Notes: a model not told the origin generated them from the letters alone. Numbered from the stretch's first letter, positions 30,983-41,304 are shown. The stretch is 64,000 nucleotides of DNA from an uncultured Flavobacteriales bacterium (GCA_943788495.1 CALSQO010000001.1:98902-162901), one strand, 5' to 3'. Numbers and translations are program-made.

Positions 30983-32776
30983 TCAGGCGAACGGCAAGGT
31001 CAATGTGACCTTTTCTTCAATCGGTGAAATGCGTTCTACTTGTATTTTTCCAGCGATTTTTCGGAGCTGTGCATGGAGTTCATTCCAGCGAGAGGAGGCG
31101 AGTGCATCCTTGCCGTGAAAGAGACCTTGCATTGCTTTTGAAGCCTCGGTGTGATTGCTGCTCAGGCAGAATTTCCAATGGGAGGTCTCAGCCTCCACTT
31201 TTATGCGAATGGCGTCTTCTTCATTCGAAATTTCTGCCAATCCGCGTAAGAAGTTGCGAATCACAACCCGCACATCTGGCCCTACCGAGAATTGGACATT
31301 TTCGTCCAAGGTCCAATTCATTTCGGTCCGAATTTCTGCGTCCAGGGCGTTGAGGAAGGATTGAATGCTCTGGGATCTCAAGTCTTCATCACGCTCAAAA
31401 ACAAAGTCGCCGTTGGGCATTAAGCTGCTGCTTCCCAACTCCTGGTTCTCTTCATTTTTGGGCCTGTTTGAATCAGCTCTTTTATTCTTCGTATTGGGCA
31501 GGCGATCGGTTGGAACCAAGCTTCGCAGGCGGATGATACGTCGACGTTCTTTTCGAAGGGCTGCATTCAATACTCGATGGCTTCGGGCATTGGCAATGAG
31601 ACCAATGCCTAACAGCGCTGCGAGCCACGGCCACAGGCCATAGGAATTGGAGGAAGACGGGGCCGTGTTCAACCCCATTACAGCACGATCAAATGGGTCT
31701 GGCTCGGGTAAAAACCGCTCGGTGAAACTCTGAATCTCCCGGATCGGTTGGGACTGCATCGCTTCGAAAAGGCGAATGTTGATTTGGTCCACCTCCATCA
31801 TGGCAGCCAATGCCTCCCCCTCATTTCCACGTTGATGTTCGAATTCTGCGCGCTGCCTCAGGGCTTCAAGAAGCAATGCGTCCTGTTGGGCGATACGCGC
31901 CTCTTTGATGGCTTCGTGCAAGGCAATAATCACGTCCAAAGGGCGGTGCATTTTCTGTGCGGAATTGGCCATCCTCAATTGGGCGAGGGTCATTGCCGTT
32001 GCATCGTTCCGATCAGTCTGTGCTAAAATGCGCTGAGCCCAAGTCAAGGCAGCGGCATCGTTCCCTTCGGAAGCGATGATCATTTGGATTTGTTCTCGGA
32101 AATCCTGTGCCAAACCGTTGGGGATTTGATTCGCTTCTTTTTCGAAAATGGAAGTGAGTGAATCTGCGCGAGGGCCCCGCATGATGTACTCGAGTTGAAT
32201 GGACTGGCTCAACCATTCCATTCGCTTCTCCGCTGGGATGAGCGTATTCTCCATGGCCAAGCACTTGAGGATGCATCGGCTTGCCTCCTCCCAATTTCCA
32301 CTGATGAAATGCAGATTGGCAATGCTTGACTTGAGTTCCCAATTGTCCGGTCGCAACTTAATTTCGCGCATCAAGATGGCAATGGCCTTTCCCTCTTGCT
32401 GCAATTGCATCCAAAGATTTGCTGCGAGCTTTGATTGCTGAAGCCGATTCTCCTCGCTGCAGGCGAGCAACCCATCTTGGGTGAGGCCTAACGTTCTTTC
32501 TGCAAGGGTGTAATTTTGACTTTGAACATGAATGTTGGCAATTCCAAGCCGAGCGCGGGCAACTTGACAAGGGTCGAAGGATCGCTCTTCAGCGCCACGG
32601 TACATTGCCAACGCAGCAACAGGACGACTGGATTCGAATAGCGAATCTCCGCGAAGAAGCATGCGCTCAGCTTCGTTGGCTTCTCTGGAAAGTACGGGTG
32701 CTTTTTGGGCGAAAATAGCTCCGAGTTGGGCGAGGCAAATAGAGGCCAACAGGAACAGATTTCGAGTAAAAAGCAT
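30983..32776 (-). CDS. TPR-repeat protein with signal peptide, one central TM helix and a C-terminal domain resembling a degenerate histidine-kinase ATPase
   Basis: N-terminal signal MLFTRNLFLLASICLAQLGAIFAQ, a ~350-aa helical-repeat region, and TM helix LWPWLAALLGIGLIA. In the C-terminus, VIRNFLRGLAEIS resembles an N-box, but I see no H-box His and no DxGxG. Confidence 0.55.
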   Translation of the reverse strand: MLFTRNLFLLASICLAQLGAIFAQKAPVLSREANEAERMLLRGDSLFESSRPVAALAMYRGAEERSFDPCQVARARLGIANIHVQSQNYTLAERTLGLTQDGLLACSEENRLQQSKLAANLWMQLQQEGKAIAILMREIKLRPDNWELKSSIANLHFISGNWEEASRCILKCLAMENTLIPAEKRMEWLSQSIQLEYIMRGPRADSLTSIFEKEANQIPNGLAQDFREQIQMIIASEGNDAAALTWAQRILAQTDRNDATAMTLAQLRMANSAQKMHRPLDVIIALHEAIKEARIAQQDALLLEALRQRAEFEHQRGNEGEALAAMMEVDQINIRLFEAMQSQPIREIQSFTERFLPEPDPFDRAVMGLNTAPSSSNSYGLWPWLAALLGIGLIANARSHRVLNAALRKERRRIIRLRSLVPTDRLPNTKNKRADSNRPKNEENQELGSSSLMPNGDFVFERDEDLRSQSIQSFLNALDAEIRTEMNWTLDENVQFSVGPDVRVVIRNFLRGLAEISNEEDAIRIKVEAETSHWKFCLSSNHTEASKAMQGLFHGKDALASSRWNELHAQLRKIAGKIQVERISPIEEKVTLTLPFA

Positions 32777-32860
32777 GGTACAAACTACCCATCAAACGGG
32801 CCCATTATTTCTCGAATCAATGGAATTGTTCACAGACTGAGGCGCAAAAATGGCGCTCAC

Positions 32861-33862
32861 TCAATCGTTCCAAATGACATCCAGCAAGGTGTTTCCAACG
32901 GCCTCGAGTGTAGGCTTACTGATCACGCGCATGTTGTCCTGGTGGGTGTGATGAAAAGGGCCATATCCCATGGGTAAGACCTGCACCTGATAGTGTACGA
33001 TGTTGGCAGAGGGAACACCTCCGAGCTGGGAGACAAACAAATTGTCGTCCACGGTTTGGGGCGTCACATCGCTTTTGAAATAATTGCTGTACCCCAAATC
33101 TGAAGCGGCTTTCCAGATTTTGCGCACAATGGATGGGGCAAAGGCCATTGAGGTGCCTTCCCGGTTGAAAACGGCATCTTTCGCACCAACCATATCCAGT
33201 AGAATGCCATACTTCGCTTGGTATCCAAATTTGTGCGGTTGATTCGCCCAGAATTGACTCCCTAAGCACCAAGTGGTAATGCTGCCGTTTCCAATATTCG
33301 CCCATTCTGGAGCACCGTAGTCTTCTGCATCAAAAAAGATCACATCAATTCCTACATCAAGGGTTGTATCTGCTCCAAGAATACGTGCGACTTCTAGCAA
33401 CACGCCCACGCCGGAACCGCCATCATTCGCTCCATCAATGGGTTCGCGGATGCGGATGGTGTCTTTGTCAGCGAAGGGCCGCGTGTCCCAGTGGGCATAC
33501 AACATGATTCGCTCTTGATTTTGAGGACGAAATTGCCCAATGATATTCCGCATTTCCAACACAGTTCCGTCGTATGCCCGAACACGACCGGGTTGTTCAA
33601 TGACCTCTGCCCCATGTCGCGTCAATTCGTTTGCGAGCCAATCGCCACAAGCAACGTGCTCTTTGGAGTTGGGAACACGGGGTCCAAAGTCCACTTGCGA
33701 TTGAATATATCCGTATGCTGAATCGCTGCTGAATGCAGGTGCTTTGATGCGTTCAACTGCCATTTGCGTGACAGGCCGCTCTTCGGTTTCACCGGCACAA
33801 CTTACCAGCATATATGCGCTCAGCAGCAGCCCCATTTGGAAGGGCGCTATCAACCGTGTCAT
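32861..33862 (-). CDS. M28-family zinc peptidase fold, glutaminyl-peptide cyclotransferase-like, lipoprotein
   Basis: YAHWDTRPFADKD, DGANDGGSGVGVLLEVAR, FFDAEDYG and HHTHQDNM match the metal-ligand blocks of animal-type glutaminyl cyclases and M28 peptidases. Signal/lipobox LLLSAYMLVSC. ATG 33862 overlaps the cysS stop as ATGA. Confidence 0.7.
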   Translation of the reverse strand: MTRLIAPFQMGLLLSAYMLVSCAGETEERPVTQMAVERIKAPAFSSDSAYGYIQSQVDFGPRVPNSKEHVACGDWLANELTRHGAEVIEQPGRVRAYDGTVLEMRNIIGQFRPQNQERIMLYAHWDTRPFADKDTIRIREPIDGANDGGSGVGVLLEVARILGADTTLDVGIDVIFFDAEDYGAPEWANIGNGSITTWCLGSQFWANQPHKFGYQAKYGILLDMVGAKDAVFNREGTSMAFAPSIVRKIWKAASDLGYSNYFKSDVTPQTVDDNLFVSQLGGVPSANIVHYQVQVLPMGYGPFHHTHQDNMRVISKPTLEAVGNTLLDVIWND

Positions 33863-35349
33863 TCGCGGTCCCATGTGCTGCCTTCTTTTCCGTCCTTGAT
33901 GGTAACGCCCAATTCGCTCAACGCATTTCGAATGGCGTCAGCCGTCGACCAATCCTGATTGGATTTGGCTTCACTTCTCAGGTTTACGAGGAGATCGAGC
34001 AATGGGCCAGTTTCATTTGATTCTTCGGTTTTAGCGCCTCCCTCGACTTCGAGGCCAAGGACGTCAAAAACGTAACCGTCAATCATTGATTGGAGGGCGT
34101 CTTTTTGGGTTTTGCTGATGGCCAGTTGTCCGTCTTGAACTTTGTTGATCAACTTGACCGCATCGAATAAAACACTGATTAGAATCGGCGTATTGAAGTC
34201 ATCTCCCATTGCAGTAGCGCAACGATTGGAAAGCTCATCGATTTTTGCCGCTGCATTGTCCTTGTCCGATGTTGCCGGAATTTTCTTGAGTGTTTCCAAC
34301 GATTTCATTAAACGCTCAAGCCCTTTCTCTGCTGCTTGTAAGGCAGCATTGGAGAAGTCCAAGGTACTTGCATAATGCCCTTGCAGCATGAAGAATCGCA
34401 CCGTCATGGCTGAATAGCCTCGTTCGAGCAAGGGATGACTGCCTGAGATTAACTCCTCGGGTGTGAATCCGTTGCCTTCTGACTTCGCCATCTTCCGGCC
34501 ATTGACCGTCAGCATGTTTCCATGCATCCAATACTTCACGGAATTTCCGTCACCGGTTGCCCCAGCGTTTTGCGCAATTTCGCACTCGTGATGTGGGAAT
34601 TTCAAGTCCATTCCTCCACCATGAATGTCGAATGCGTTGCCTAAGTATTTGGTGCTCATCACGGAGCACTCGAGGTGCCAGCCTGGAAACCCTTCACTCC
34701 AGGGTGACGGCCATTTCATCAGATGAGAAACGTCTGCCTTTTTCCATAAGGCGAAGTCCAAGGGGTCGTTTTTTTCGTCTTGTCCATCGAGGACGCGCGT
34801 GTTATTGAGCAGGTCATCAATTTTTCTCCCGGACAGCTGACCGTAAGGGAAATCCTGGCTGAACTTGCGCACATTGAAGTAGACGCTGCCGTTGGACTCA
34901 TATCCGTAGCCGCGTGCGATGATTTGTTTGATCATTTCGATCTGTTCCACGATGTGGCCTGTCGCGCTTGGCTCGATGGAAGGGCTTTTGATGTTGAAGA
35001 TGCGCATCACATCATGGAAATCATTGGTGTACTTCTGTACGATTTCCATCGGTTCAAGGTTTTCGAGCCGTGCTTTCTTGCCAATTTTATCTTCTCCATC
35101 GTCCGAGTCCCCGGTCAGATGACCAACGTCAGTGATGTTTCGTACATAGCGCACTTGGTAGCCCAGGAAAATGAGGTACCGGTAGACAATGTCAAACGTG
35201 AGAAACGTCCGGACGTTGCCCAAGTGCACATTGCTGTATACCGTTGGGCCACAAACGTACATGCCTACATAAGGCGCATTCAAAGGAGCGAAGCGTTCCT
35301 TCTCCCGGGTCAGGCTGTTTTGAATATAAAGGGGCGTATGGTCGGACAT
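33859..35349 (-). CDS. cysS: Cysteine--tRNA ligase
   Basis: [13 protein letters not shown] (HIGH region) and KMAKSEGN (KMSKS region). Start set at ATG 35349 ([14 protein letters not shown]). Confidence 0.95.
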   Translation of the reverse strand: MSDHTPLYIQNSLTREKERFAPLNAPYVGMYVCGPTVYSNVHLGNVRTFLTFDIVYRYLIFLGYQVRYVRNITDVGHLTGDSDDGEDKIGKKARLENLEPMEIVQKYTNDFHDVMRIFNIKSPSIEPSATGHIVEQIEMIKQIIARGYGYESNGSVYFNVRKFSQDFPYGQLSGRKIDDLLNNTRVLDGQDEKNDPLDFALWKKADVSHLMKWPSPWSEGFPGWHLECSVMSTKYLGNAFDIHGGGMDLKFPHHECEIAQNAGATGDGNSVKYWMHGNMLTVNGRKMAKSEGNGFTPEELISGSHPLLERGYSAMTVRFFMLQGHYASTLDFSNAALQAAEKGLERLMKSLETLKKIPATSDKDNAAAKIDELSNRCATAMGDDFNTPILISVLFDAVKLINKVQDGQLAISKTQKDALQSMIDGYVFDVLGLEVEGGAKTEESNETGPLLDLLVNLRSEAKSNQDWSTADAIRNALSELGVTIKDGKEGSTWDRE

Positions 35350-35480
35350 AAAAAGGGGGCGATGTCTTGTGTGATACGAGCGATGTTCAGAGGATGCGCA
35401 AGTTGCTTGCAAAGTAAATCAAACCAATCGACGAATCGGATGAATTTCCATCCAGATCTTCTGTTCTTGGCTTACCCGAT

Positions 35481-36440
35481 TCAAGACTCCAATGTTTCGT
35501 TTCTCGTTGATATGGCATCGAGCATAAGCCCCGTCATGTCGTCAATCGTGATACGCGGCTGCCATCCCCAATCCCGGTTCGCAGCAGAATCGTCAATGCT
35601 CGAGGGCCAGGTCGCTGCAATGGCCTGCCGCTGATCCGGGGCATACTGCAATTGAAACTGGGGCCTTTGCTGCCGAATACTCTCTCCGACTTCACTCGGC
35701 GTGAAACTCATGGCTCCCAAGTTGTAGGATGTCCGAACCGTGATTTTTGATTTTGGGGCGCCCATGAGCTCCAATGTACCGCGCACTGCATCGTCCATGT
35801 ACATCATGGGCAAGGCTTGGTCAGCTCGCAGAAAGCAGGTGTAGGGCTCGTCTTTGGCAGCATAATGATAAATATCCACGGCGTAGTCTGTTGTGCCTCC
35901 TCCCGGCACGGAACGGTGCCCTATGAGGCCTGGATACCGAACACTTCTCACATCTACGCCGTATTTTTCATGGTAATAACGGCACCAGAATTCACCGGCT
36001 TGTTTGCTGATTCCATAAACGGTCGTTGGATCGAGGGGGGCGTCTTGCGGTACGCGATTTTTGGGTGTGCTTGGACCGAAGACTGCGATGGAACTGGGCC
36101 AAAAAAGACGTGTGATCCAACCTTCTTTCGCGGCCTCCAAAACATTCAAAAGCGATTGCATATTCAAATCCCAAGCCGCCAGAGGCTTCTTCTCACCGGT
36201 GGCACTGAGCATGGCCGCCAAATGATACACCTCGTCGTATCGACCTTCCTCGAGAATTTTGGATAACGCACCTTCATCCTTAGCGTCCAGGTGCAAAAAT
36301 TTGCTGCGCATGACCGCCTCATTGTCTGGAACTCGGATGTCGGAAATGTCCACAGATTCAACGCCGAATTCCTTTTGCATAGCCAGAACCAGTTCTATGC
36401 CAAGTTGCCCTGCAGCGCCGATGACGAGACGTCGTACCAT
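35481..36440 (-). CDS. tdh: NAD-dependent epimerase/dehydratase-fold L-threonine 3-dehydrogenase (extended SDR type)
   Basis: VIGAAGQLG Rossmann motif, YGISK catalytic YxxxK, overall resemblance to UDP-glucose-4-epimerase-like TDH. Start set at ATG 36440 (MVRRLVIG). Confidence 0.7.
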   Translation of the reverse strand: MVRRLVIGAAGQLGIELVLAMQKEFGVESVDISDIRVPDNEAVMRSKFLHLDAKDEGALSKILEEGRYDEVYHLAAMLSATGEKKPLAAWDLNMQSLLNVLEAAKEGWITRLFWPSSIAVFGPSTPKNRVPQDAPLDPTTVYGISKQAGEFWCRYYHEKYGVDVRSVRYPGLIGHRSVPGGGTTDYAVDIYHYAAKDEPYTCFLRADQALPMMYMDDAVRGTLELMGAPKSKITVRTSYNLGAMSFTPSEVGESIRQQRPQFQLQYAPDQRQAIAATWPSSIDDSAANRDWGWQPRITIDDMTGLMLDAISTRNETLES

Positions 36441-36492
36441 GTTTACGAAGATAAGATATTGTGGACGGAGAACACCATGTACTTTTGTGGGT

Positions 36493-37755
36493 GTGAAAAA
36501 GTCATCTGATTTTCCAGCGCACGACAACGCCGCATTCGACTATGATTTGCCGGACTCGTTCATTGCATTGCACCCCGCAGAACCCCGCTCGGATGCGCGG
36601 CTTTTGGTCTGGGATGGCGAGGATGTAAATATGGAGCATCGTTTTGCGGATTTACCCCATCTTTTGCCTGCCGGATGTCAGCTTTGGATGAACGATACTC
36701 GCGTCATTCGTGCCCGACTTTTGCTGCAGAAAGAAACAGGCGGACGATTGGAAATTTTTCTACTGGAGCCGTTGGACCAGTCAATGGAACAATCCCTTGG
36801 TTCAATGAAGCCCGTTCGCTGGCGCTGCATGGTCAAAGGGGGGAAAAAGTGGAAATCTGGAGCGGCCGGTGTCAAGGTAGAAGATGCTGCCGGGTTGTGG
36901 GAAGTGCATGCGCATCGGATCGGCATGGAGGAGGGCATTCGCCATGTTGAATTGGAGTGGAAATTCACATCTTCCTCAACGGGACAGCCAACCGAAGTCA
37001 TGTTTTCGATGCTACTTGAATCCCTGGGCCGCATGCCATTGCCCCCATACATGCGCCGACCCGATGAGCCCGATGATGCAGCGGATTACCAGACGGTTTA
37101 CGCGGAAGTTCCGGGTTCGGTCGCCGCTCCAACGGCCGGATTGCATTACGATGCAGCCTTGTTGTCGGCGTTGAGTGCTGAGAATTCGTTGCATGCCGTG
37201 ACATTGCACGTAGGAGCAGGAACGTTCAAGCCACTTGGGGAAGGAGAGGTCAAGGAGCATGTGATGCACGCTGAGAAGTGCACGGTTTCTTATGACAGTG
37301 TCAAAGCACTTGCGCAGTCCAATCAGAATCGGATTGCCACCGGTACGACGACCCTGCGTACGCTGGAAAGTCTCTATTGGTTGGCACTGAAATGGCGGAA
37401 GAATGGCCTGCAACCGTTGGTACTGGGCCAGTGGGAATGGTGCAATGAGCTATGCGCGGCAGAGGAGGAGTTGGAGTGGTCCATGGAAACGGCTATGCAA
37501 TGGCTGATTCAAAAGTTGGATGGAAGGGATTGGGAATTTGAAACGGCAATCATGATGGCGCCGCCGTACCGGGTTCGATCGGTTCAGGCGTTGATCACCA
37601 ATTTCCATATGCCTCAAAGCACACTGCTTTGCCTCGTCTCATGCGCGATTGGCGAAGATTGGCGTGGGATATACGAAAAAGCCAAACGGGAGAATTTTAG
37701 ATTTTTAAGCTACGGCGACGGGAGCTTGCTTCAGGTTTCTCCCTTTTTCGAGTAA
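36493..37755 (+). CDS. queA: S-adenosylmethionine:tRNA ribosyltransferase-isomerase
   Basis: FDYDLPDSFIALHP, GTTTLRTLES and ITNFHMPQSTLL. The start is uncertain: GTG 36493 (MKKSSDF...) or ATG 36439. The track ORF from 36259 overlaps tdh and is too long. Confidence 0.85.
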   Translation: MKKSSDFPAHDNAAFDYDLPDSFIALHPAEPRSDARLLVWDGEDVNMEHRFADLPHLLPAGCQLWMNDTRVIRARLLLQKETGGRLEIFLLEPLDQSMEQSLGSMKPVRWRCMVKGGKKWKSGAAGVKVEDAAGLWEVHAHRIGMEEGIRHVELEWKFTSSSTGQPTEVMFSMLLESLGRMPLPPYMRRPDEPDDAADYQTVYAEVPGSVAAPTAGLHYDAALLSALSAENSLHAVTLHVGAGTFKPLGEGEVKEHVMHAEKCTVSYDSVKALAQSNQNRIATGTTTLRTLESLYWLALKWRKNGLQPLVLGQWEWCNELCAAEEELEWSMETAMQWLIQKLDGRDWEFETAIMMAPPYRVRSVQALITNFHMPQSTLLCLVSCAIGEDWRGIYEKAKRENFRFLSYGDGSLLQVSPFFE

Positions 37756-37763
37756 CAAAAAAA

Positions 37764-37789
37764 GGCCCCCAAATCGGAGGCCTTTTTTT
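37764..37789. terminator. Bidirectional intrinsic terminator between convergent queA and ppiD-like gene
   Basis: GGCCCCC-AAATC-GGAGGCC stem with one mismatch, flanked by A7 upstream and T7 downstream. Confidence 0.55.
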
Positions 37790-37807
37790 AAGTGGGCTAG
37801 GCGCCAA

Positions 37808-39862
37808 TCAGTTGCGGTTGTCCGTCAGCTCAGCTGCATCCAACATAGCGTTGGAAATGCGTTGCGTCACTGCGCCACGTGCTCGGGCGAGCAAGCTCGT
37901 TTGCTCGGACAAGAAGTCGCTTTTTTCCGCCGCTTCGGTGGATGAAGTTGGAGCAATTACCCAAACACCATTTTCTCCGACAATTGGCATGGAGACCTCC
38001 CCATTGGCAATGGCAAACGCACGTCCGACCACTTTGGGTTCTGGTTTTGCTCCTGCGGCAGAAACAGTAGGAAATTTCAACGCAATGTTCGAAGCGGCCT
38101 TCACCGATGAACCGATCGCTGTCGCGATTTCATCCAAAGAACCCTCGTTCATTTTCGAGGCGTATAGCTCGCCTTTGGCTTCCTTGATTGCTGCGGTTCG
38201 CATTTCTTGTTCTACAGCAGCAAATTCAGGTTCGCCTTGCATTGTAATCATGTCTAGGTGGGCAACGACATAGTTTTTGTCGATCAGGATGGGATTGGAA
38301 ACTTCCCCTTCTTCGGCGTTGTAGGCCCATGAAACCAGTTCAGCTGCATTGCGCAAACCTGAAATCGATGTAGCTTTTCGAAGCACCTTGTCTGCTGTGC
38401 TCGTCGCATAACCCGCCTCGCTTGAAGCGGTCATGAATGCCTCGCGTGAATTGGAAGCAATTGCAAATTCGCTCGCGGCACTGTAAGAGTTCCGAGCAGT
38501 CTCTGCTGAAGGAACAATGACACGTTCAATCATAGCCACACGAACGCGCTCAATGGCATCGGTGTGCTCCATCACTTCAATAAGATGCACGCCGAATTGG
38601 GTTCGGACAGCACTGATTGAACCGGGCTTGCTTTCGAAGCAGAAGTCCTCAAAGGGTTTCACCATACGTCCCCGAGTGAAGAAGTCATAAAAACCTCCCG
38701 TAGCCTTTGATCCGGGGTCTTCTGAGAAGCGCTCCGCCAAATCCTCAAAGGACGCTCCACGGCGCAAGGCACGTTTCAAGCTGTCTGCTCGTGCAACGAG
38801 GGCGTCCATTTCTGCGGCATCCTGAGGGTTATCCGCTTTGAGCAGGATGTGGCGGCAAGAAGCGCTGTCGGGCTCAGAAAAGAATTCCATGACCCGCGCC
38901 AGTTTGTACGATTGCTTTTTCAAGTAAGGCCCCACAAAATCACCCGGTTTTGCATTGAAAAGGGTCGACTCGTTCAGGTCCGTCTCAACGTCTGCAGACT
39001 TCAATACGGTTGCTGTGAATGCCTTTTCGTTCGCAGTAGCTACAAATTCGCTATCGCTCAACGCAGAAGAACTCCAAAGGCCTTTTAAGTCACTCAAGTC
39101 CGACTCAATGGCTTCCGCATCTTCTGCAGAGGCAGCGAGCGGGATGCGGGCAAACGTAATGGTGCGTCCGGTTTTCTGCTCGTAAGCATCGTCGCCTTTG
39201 TGCGCTCGGTAATAAGACTTCACATCGGCATCCGAAACCGACACTTCGCTGTCGTCAATGTCGTTGAATGATTTGAATGCGTAATTGAAATTGACTTTGT
39301 TGTTGGCGGTCACAAAGTCGTACTTTCCTTCCAAGGCATTGGTGTAGACTCCAGAGGAAACCAAGTTGTCAAACTTCTCCCGCAAGCGCTTCGAAACAAT
39401 CAATCGCTTGTACGACATGAAATCTGCTTTGCCCTGAGGCGTTGCTAGCATCGCACCAAAATTCTGCTGCCAAAACTGCTTGTTTTCAGCATTGGAGTAG
39501 AATGCACGATTCATGTAGGGTGAGTATCCTGAACCAAAGAGCATTTCTTGGAATTCTTCATCGCAAACTTGAAGGCCCAAGGCATCAAAGTCGTCCCCAA
39601 GCACAATGTTTGAGGTCAGGTCATTCCAAACTTCGTCTCCCAATTGGTCGCCGCTGAATCCGAGTCGGCGCCGCTCCTGCAACTCTGATTGGTATTCCAG
39701 CGCAGTGATAGCGATTCCATCGACTTCTCCCACGTCTCGGTTGGTTCCCTGGCCCATGAGTGCCATCACAGCATCATAGGGGACCAAAAAGCCTAACATT
39801 CCAATGCCGATCATCACGATCAATAGGCCTTGGCGGTTTCGGATTTGCTGAATCATTGACAT
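37808..39862 (-). CDS. Periplasmic chaperone PpiD/SurA-like peptidylprolyl isomerase (parvulin domain), N-terminally membrane anchored
   Basis: MSMIQQIRNRQGLLIVMIGIGMLGFLV anchor typical of PpiD. Parvulin block CRHILLK...GGFYDFFTRGRMVKPFEDF...FGVHLIEV. Confidence 0.75.
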   Translation of the reverse strand: MSMIQQIRNRQGLLIVMIGIGMLGFLVPYDAVMALMGQGTNRDVGEVDGIAITALEYQSELQERRRLGFSGDQLGDEVWNDLTSNIVLGDDFDALGLQVCDEEFQEMLFGSGYSPYMNRAFYSNAENKQFWQQNFGAMLATPQGKADFMSYKRLIVSKRLREKFDNLVSSGVYTNALEGKYDFVTANNKVNFNYAFKSFNDIDDSEVSVSDADVKSYYRAHKGDDAYEQKTGRTITFARIPLAASAEDAEAIESDLSDLKGLWSSSALSDSEFVATANEKAFTATVLKSADVETDLNESTLFNAKPGDFVGPYLKKQSYKLARVMEFFSEPDSASCRHILLKADNPQDAAEMDALVARADSLKRALRRGASFEDLAERFSEDPGSKATGGFYDFFTRGRMVKPFEDFCFESKPGSISAVRTQFGVHLIEVMEHTDAIERVRVAMIERVIVPSAETARNSYSAASEFAIASNSREAFMTASSEAGYATSTADKVLRKATSISGLRNAAELVSWAYNAEEGEVSNPILIDKNYVVAHLDMITMQGEPEFAAVEQEMRTAAIKEAKGELYASKMNEGSLDEIATAIGSSVKAASNIALKFPTVSAAGAKPEPKVVGRAFAIANGEVSMPIVGENGVWVIAPTSSTEAAEKSDFLSEQTSLLARARGAVTQRISNAMLDAAELTDNRN

Positions 39863-39966
39863 GGTATCATTCTCTTTTTTAAAGGTCTGCGAAGATAAGG
39901 GAAATCGTGCAAAGACACACGCAGTTCACCGTTGCTCGGTTGTACGTTGAATCCATTCCGAGGGTT

Positions 39967-41265
39967 TCACCCGGTTGGGGGGTCCGTTTGTGTGACGATT
40001 ACCGTCTTAATTTTGCTGCTACCCACTTGTTCGACGGTGATGGTGCAGTGCTCGAATCGCAGGGTAAATCCGGCATCTGGAATGTCTTCTGCATGGTGCA
40101 ATACGAGTCCGCCCAAGGTCTCGTAATCGTCCAATTCAGGCATGGAAAGTCCATATTTTTCATTGAGCTCCTCCACATGGAGCCGCGCGGAAAACTGCCA
40201 GCGACCCGATTCGAGTTCATCTTCGATCAGTTCTTCGGTATCGTGCTCGTCTTCAATATCACCGATCAACTGCTCCATGATATCCTCCATGGTCAAGATG
40301 CCAGATGTTCCCCCAAACTCGTCGACAACAATGGCCAAATGTCGTTTGCGTTGAATGAACCGTTTGAGCACGTCATCGGCAGGCATGGGCTCAGGGACCA
40401 CGAAGGTGGGGTGAAGAATGCTTTTGACCGATTCGGGATCTTTGAACAAATCTTTGGAGTGGACATACCCAATGGTTTGGTCAATGTCATCTCGGTAAAT
40501 GACAATCTTCGAAAGGCCTGTGCTGATAAAGAGCGACTTCACTTCTTCCAACGGGGTTTCTAAATCCACGGCAACGACTTCATTTCGAGGCACCAAACAG
40601 TCGCGGGCCAGCACTTTATTGAACTCAAGTGCATTTTGCATGATTTGCAACTCGTGCTCTAACTCTTGCTCGGGCTCCATGCGACCGCTCATTTCTCGGA
40701 TGAAATGATCCAAATCGGTGGCGCCCAATTGTTCGTTGCGTGCTTCATCGGATTGTGCGGACCTTCCAATTAACTGGATTGAGAGTTTACTCAATGCGAC
40801 AACGATGTACCCGGGCACCATGAGCACATAGTGAATGATCAGGAGGGGTGCGGCGAAAAACTTCAGCCAGAAATTCGCATTCGCATGAAAAAGAGCTTTG
40901 GGGATGAATTCGGCTAGGACCAAGATCACGGCCGTTGTCAGGGCGGTTTGTGTCGCTAACACAGCAAATGGATTGGCTGCAACCGTCCAGTCATTCACTT
41001 GGAAAATGGCATTGCTGATCAACGCTCCCGATTCAAGTCCGCAGAAGACCAGGGCGAGGTTGTTGCCAACCAACATGGTTGCGATGAACAATTGGGGGCG
41101 AGCCGCCATGTGCGCTAGAATTTTGCCTTGCCACGTGCTTTTGGAGTCAAGCTCCAGTTGCAATCGATTGGCCGATACGTAGGCAATTTCCATTCCAGAA
41201 AAAAAAGCAGAAGCCAAGAGCGAAAGGCCAATAATGAGCAGCGTACTGGAGGGATCGGGGTCCAT
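39967..41265 (-). CDS. CNNM/CorC-HlyC family protein (DUF21 TM domain + CBS pair + CorC_HlyC), hemolysin-family
   Basis: N-terminal 4-TM DUF21 profile, a CBS pair, and a C-terminal transporter-associated domain. It is a paralogue of the gldE-like gene at 46363-47721. Confidence 0.8.
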   Translation of the reverse strand: MDPDPSSTLLIIGLSLLASAFFSGMEIAYVSANRLQLELDSKSTWQGKILAHMAARPQLFIATMLVGNNLALVFCGLESGALISNAIFQVNDWTVAANPFAVLATQTALTTAVILVLAEFIPKALFHANANFWLKFFAAPLLIIHYVLMVPGYIVVALSKLSIQLIGRSAQSDEARNEQLGATDLDHFIREMSGRMEPEQELEHELQIMQNALEFNKVLARDCLVPRNEVVAVDLETPLEEVKSLFISTGLSKIVIYRDDIDQTIGYVHSKDLFKDPESVKSILHPTFVVPEPMPADDVLKRFIQRKRHLAIVVDEFGGTSGILTMEDIMEQLIGDIEDEHDTEELIEDELESGRWQFSARLHVEELNEKYGLSMPELDDYETLGGLVLHHAEDIPDAGFTLRFEHCTITVEQVGSSKIKTVIVTQTDPPTG

Positions 41266-41304
41266 GGGAAGTGTCTAGTGCAAACCTAATAATAATGCGT
41301 CAAC

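Noticed and set aside
36259-36492. N-terminal 78-codon extension of the queA ORF overlapping tdh on the opposite strand.
   Set aside because: The extension has no QueA similarity, is Ser/Arg/Cys-rich, and overlaps the well-supported 5' end of tdh. It is a shadow reading frame.
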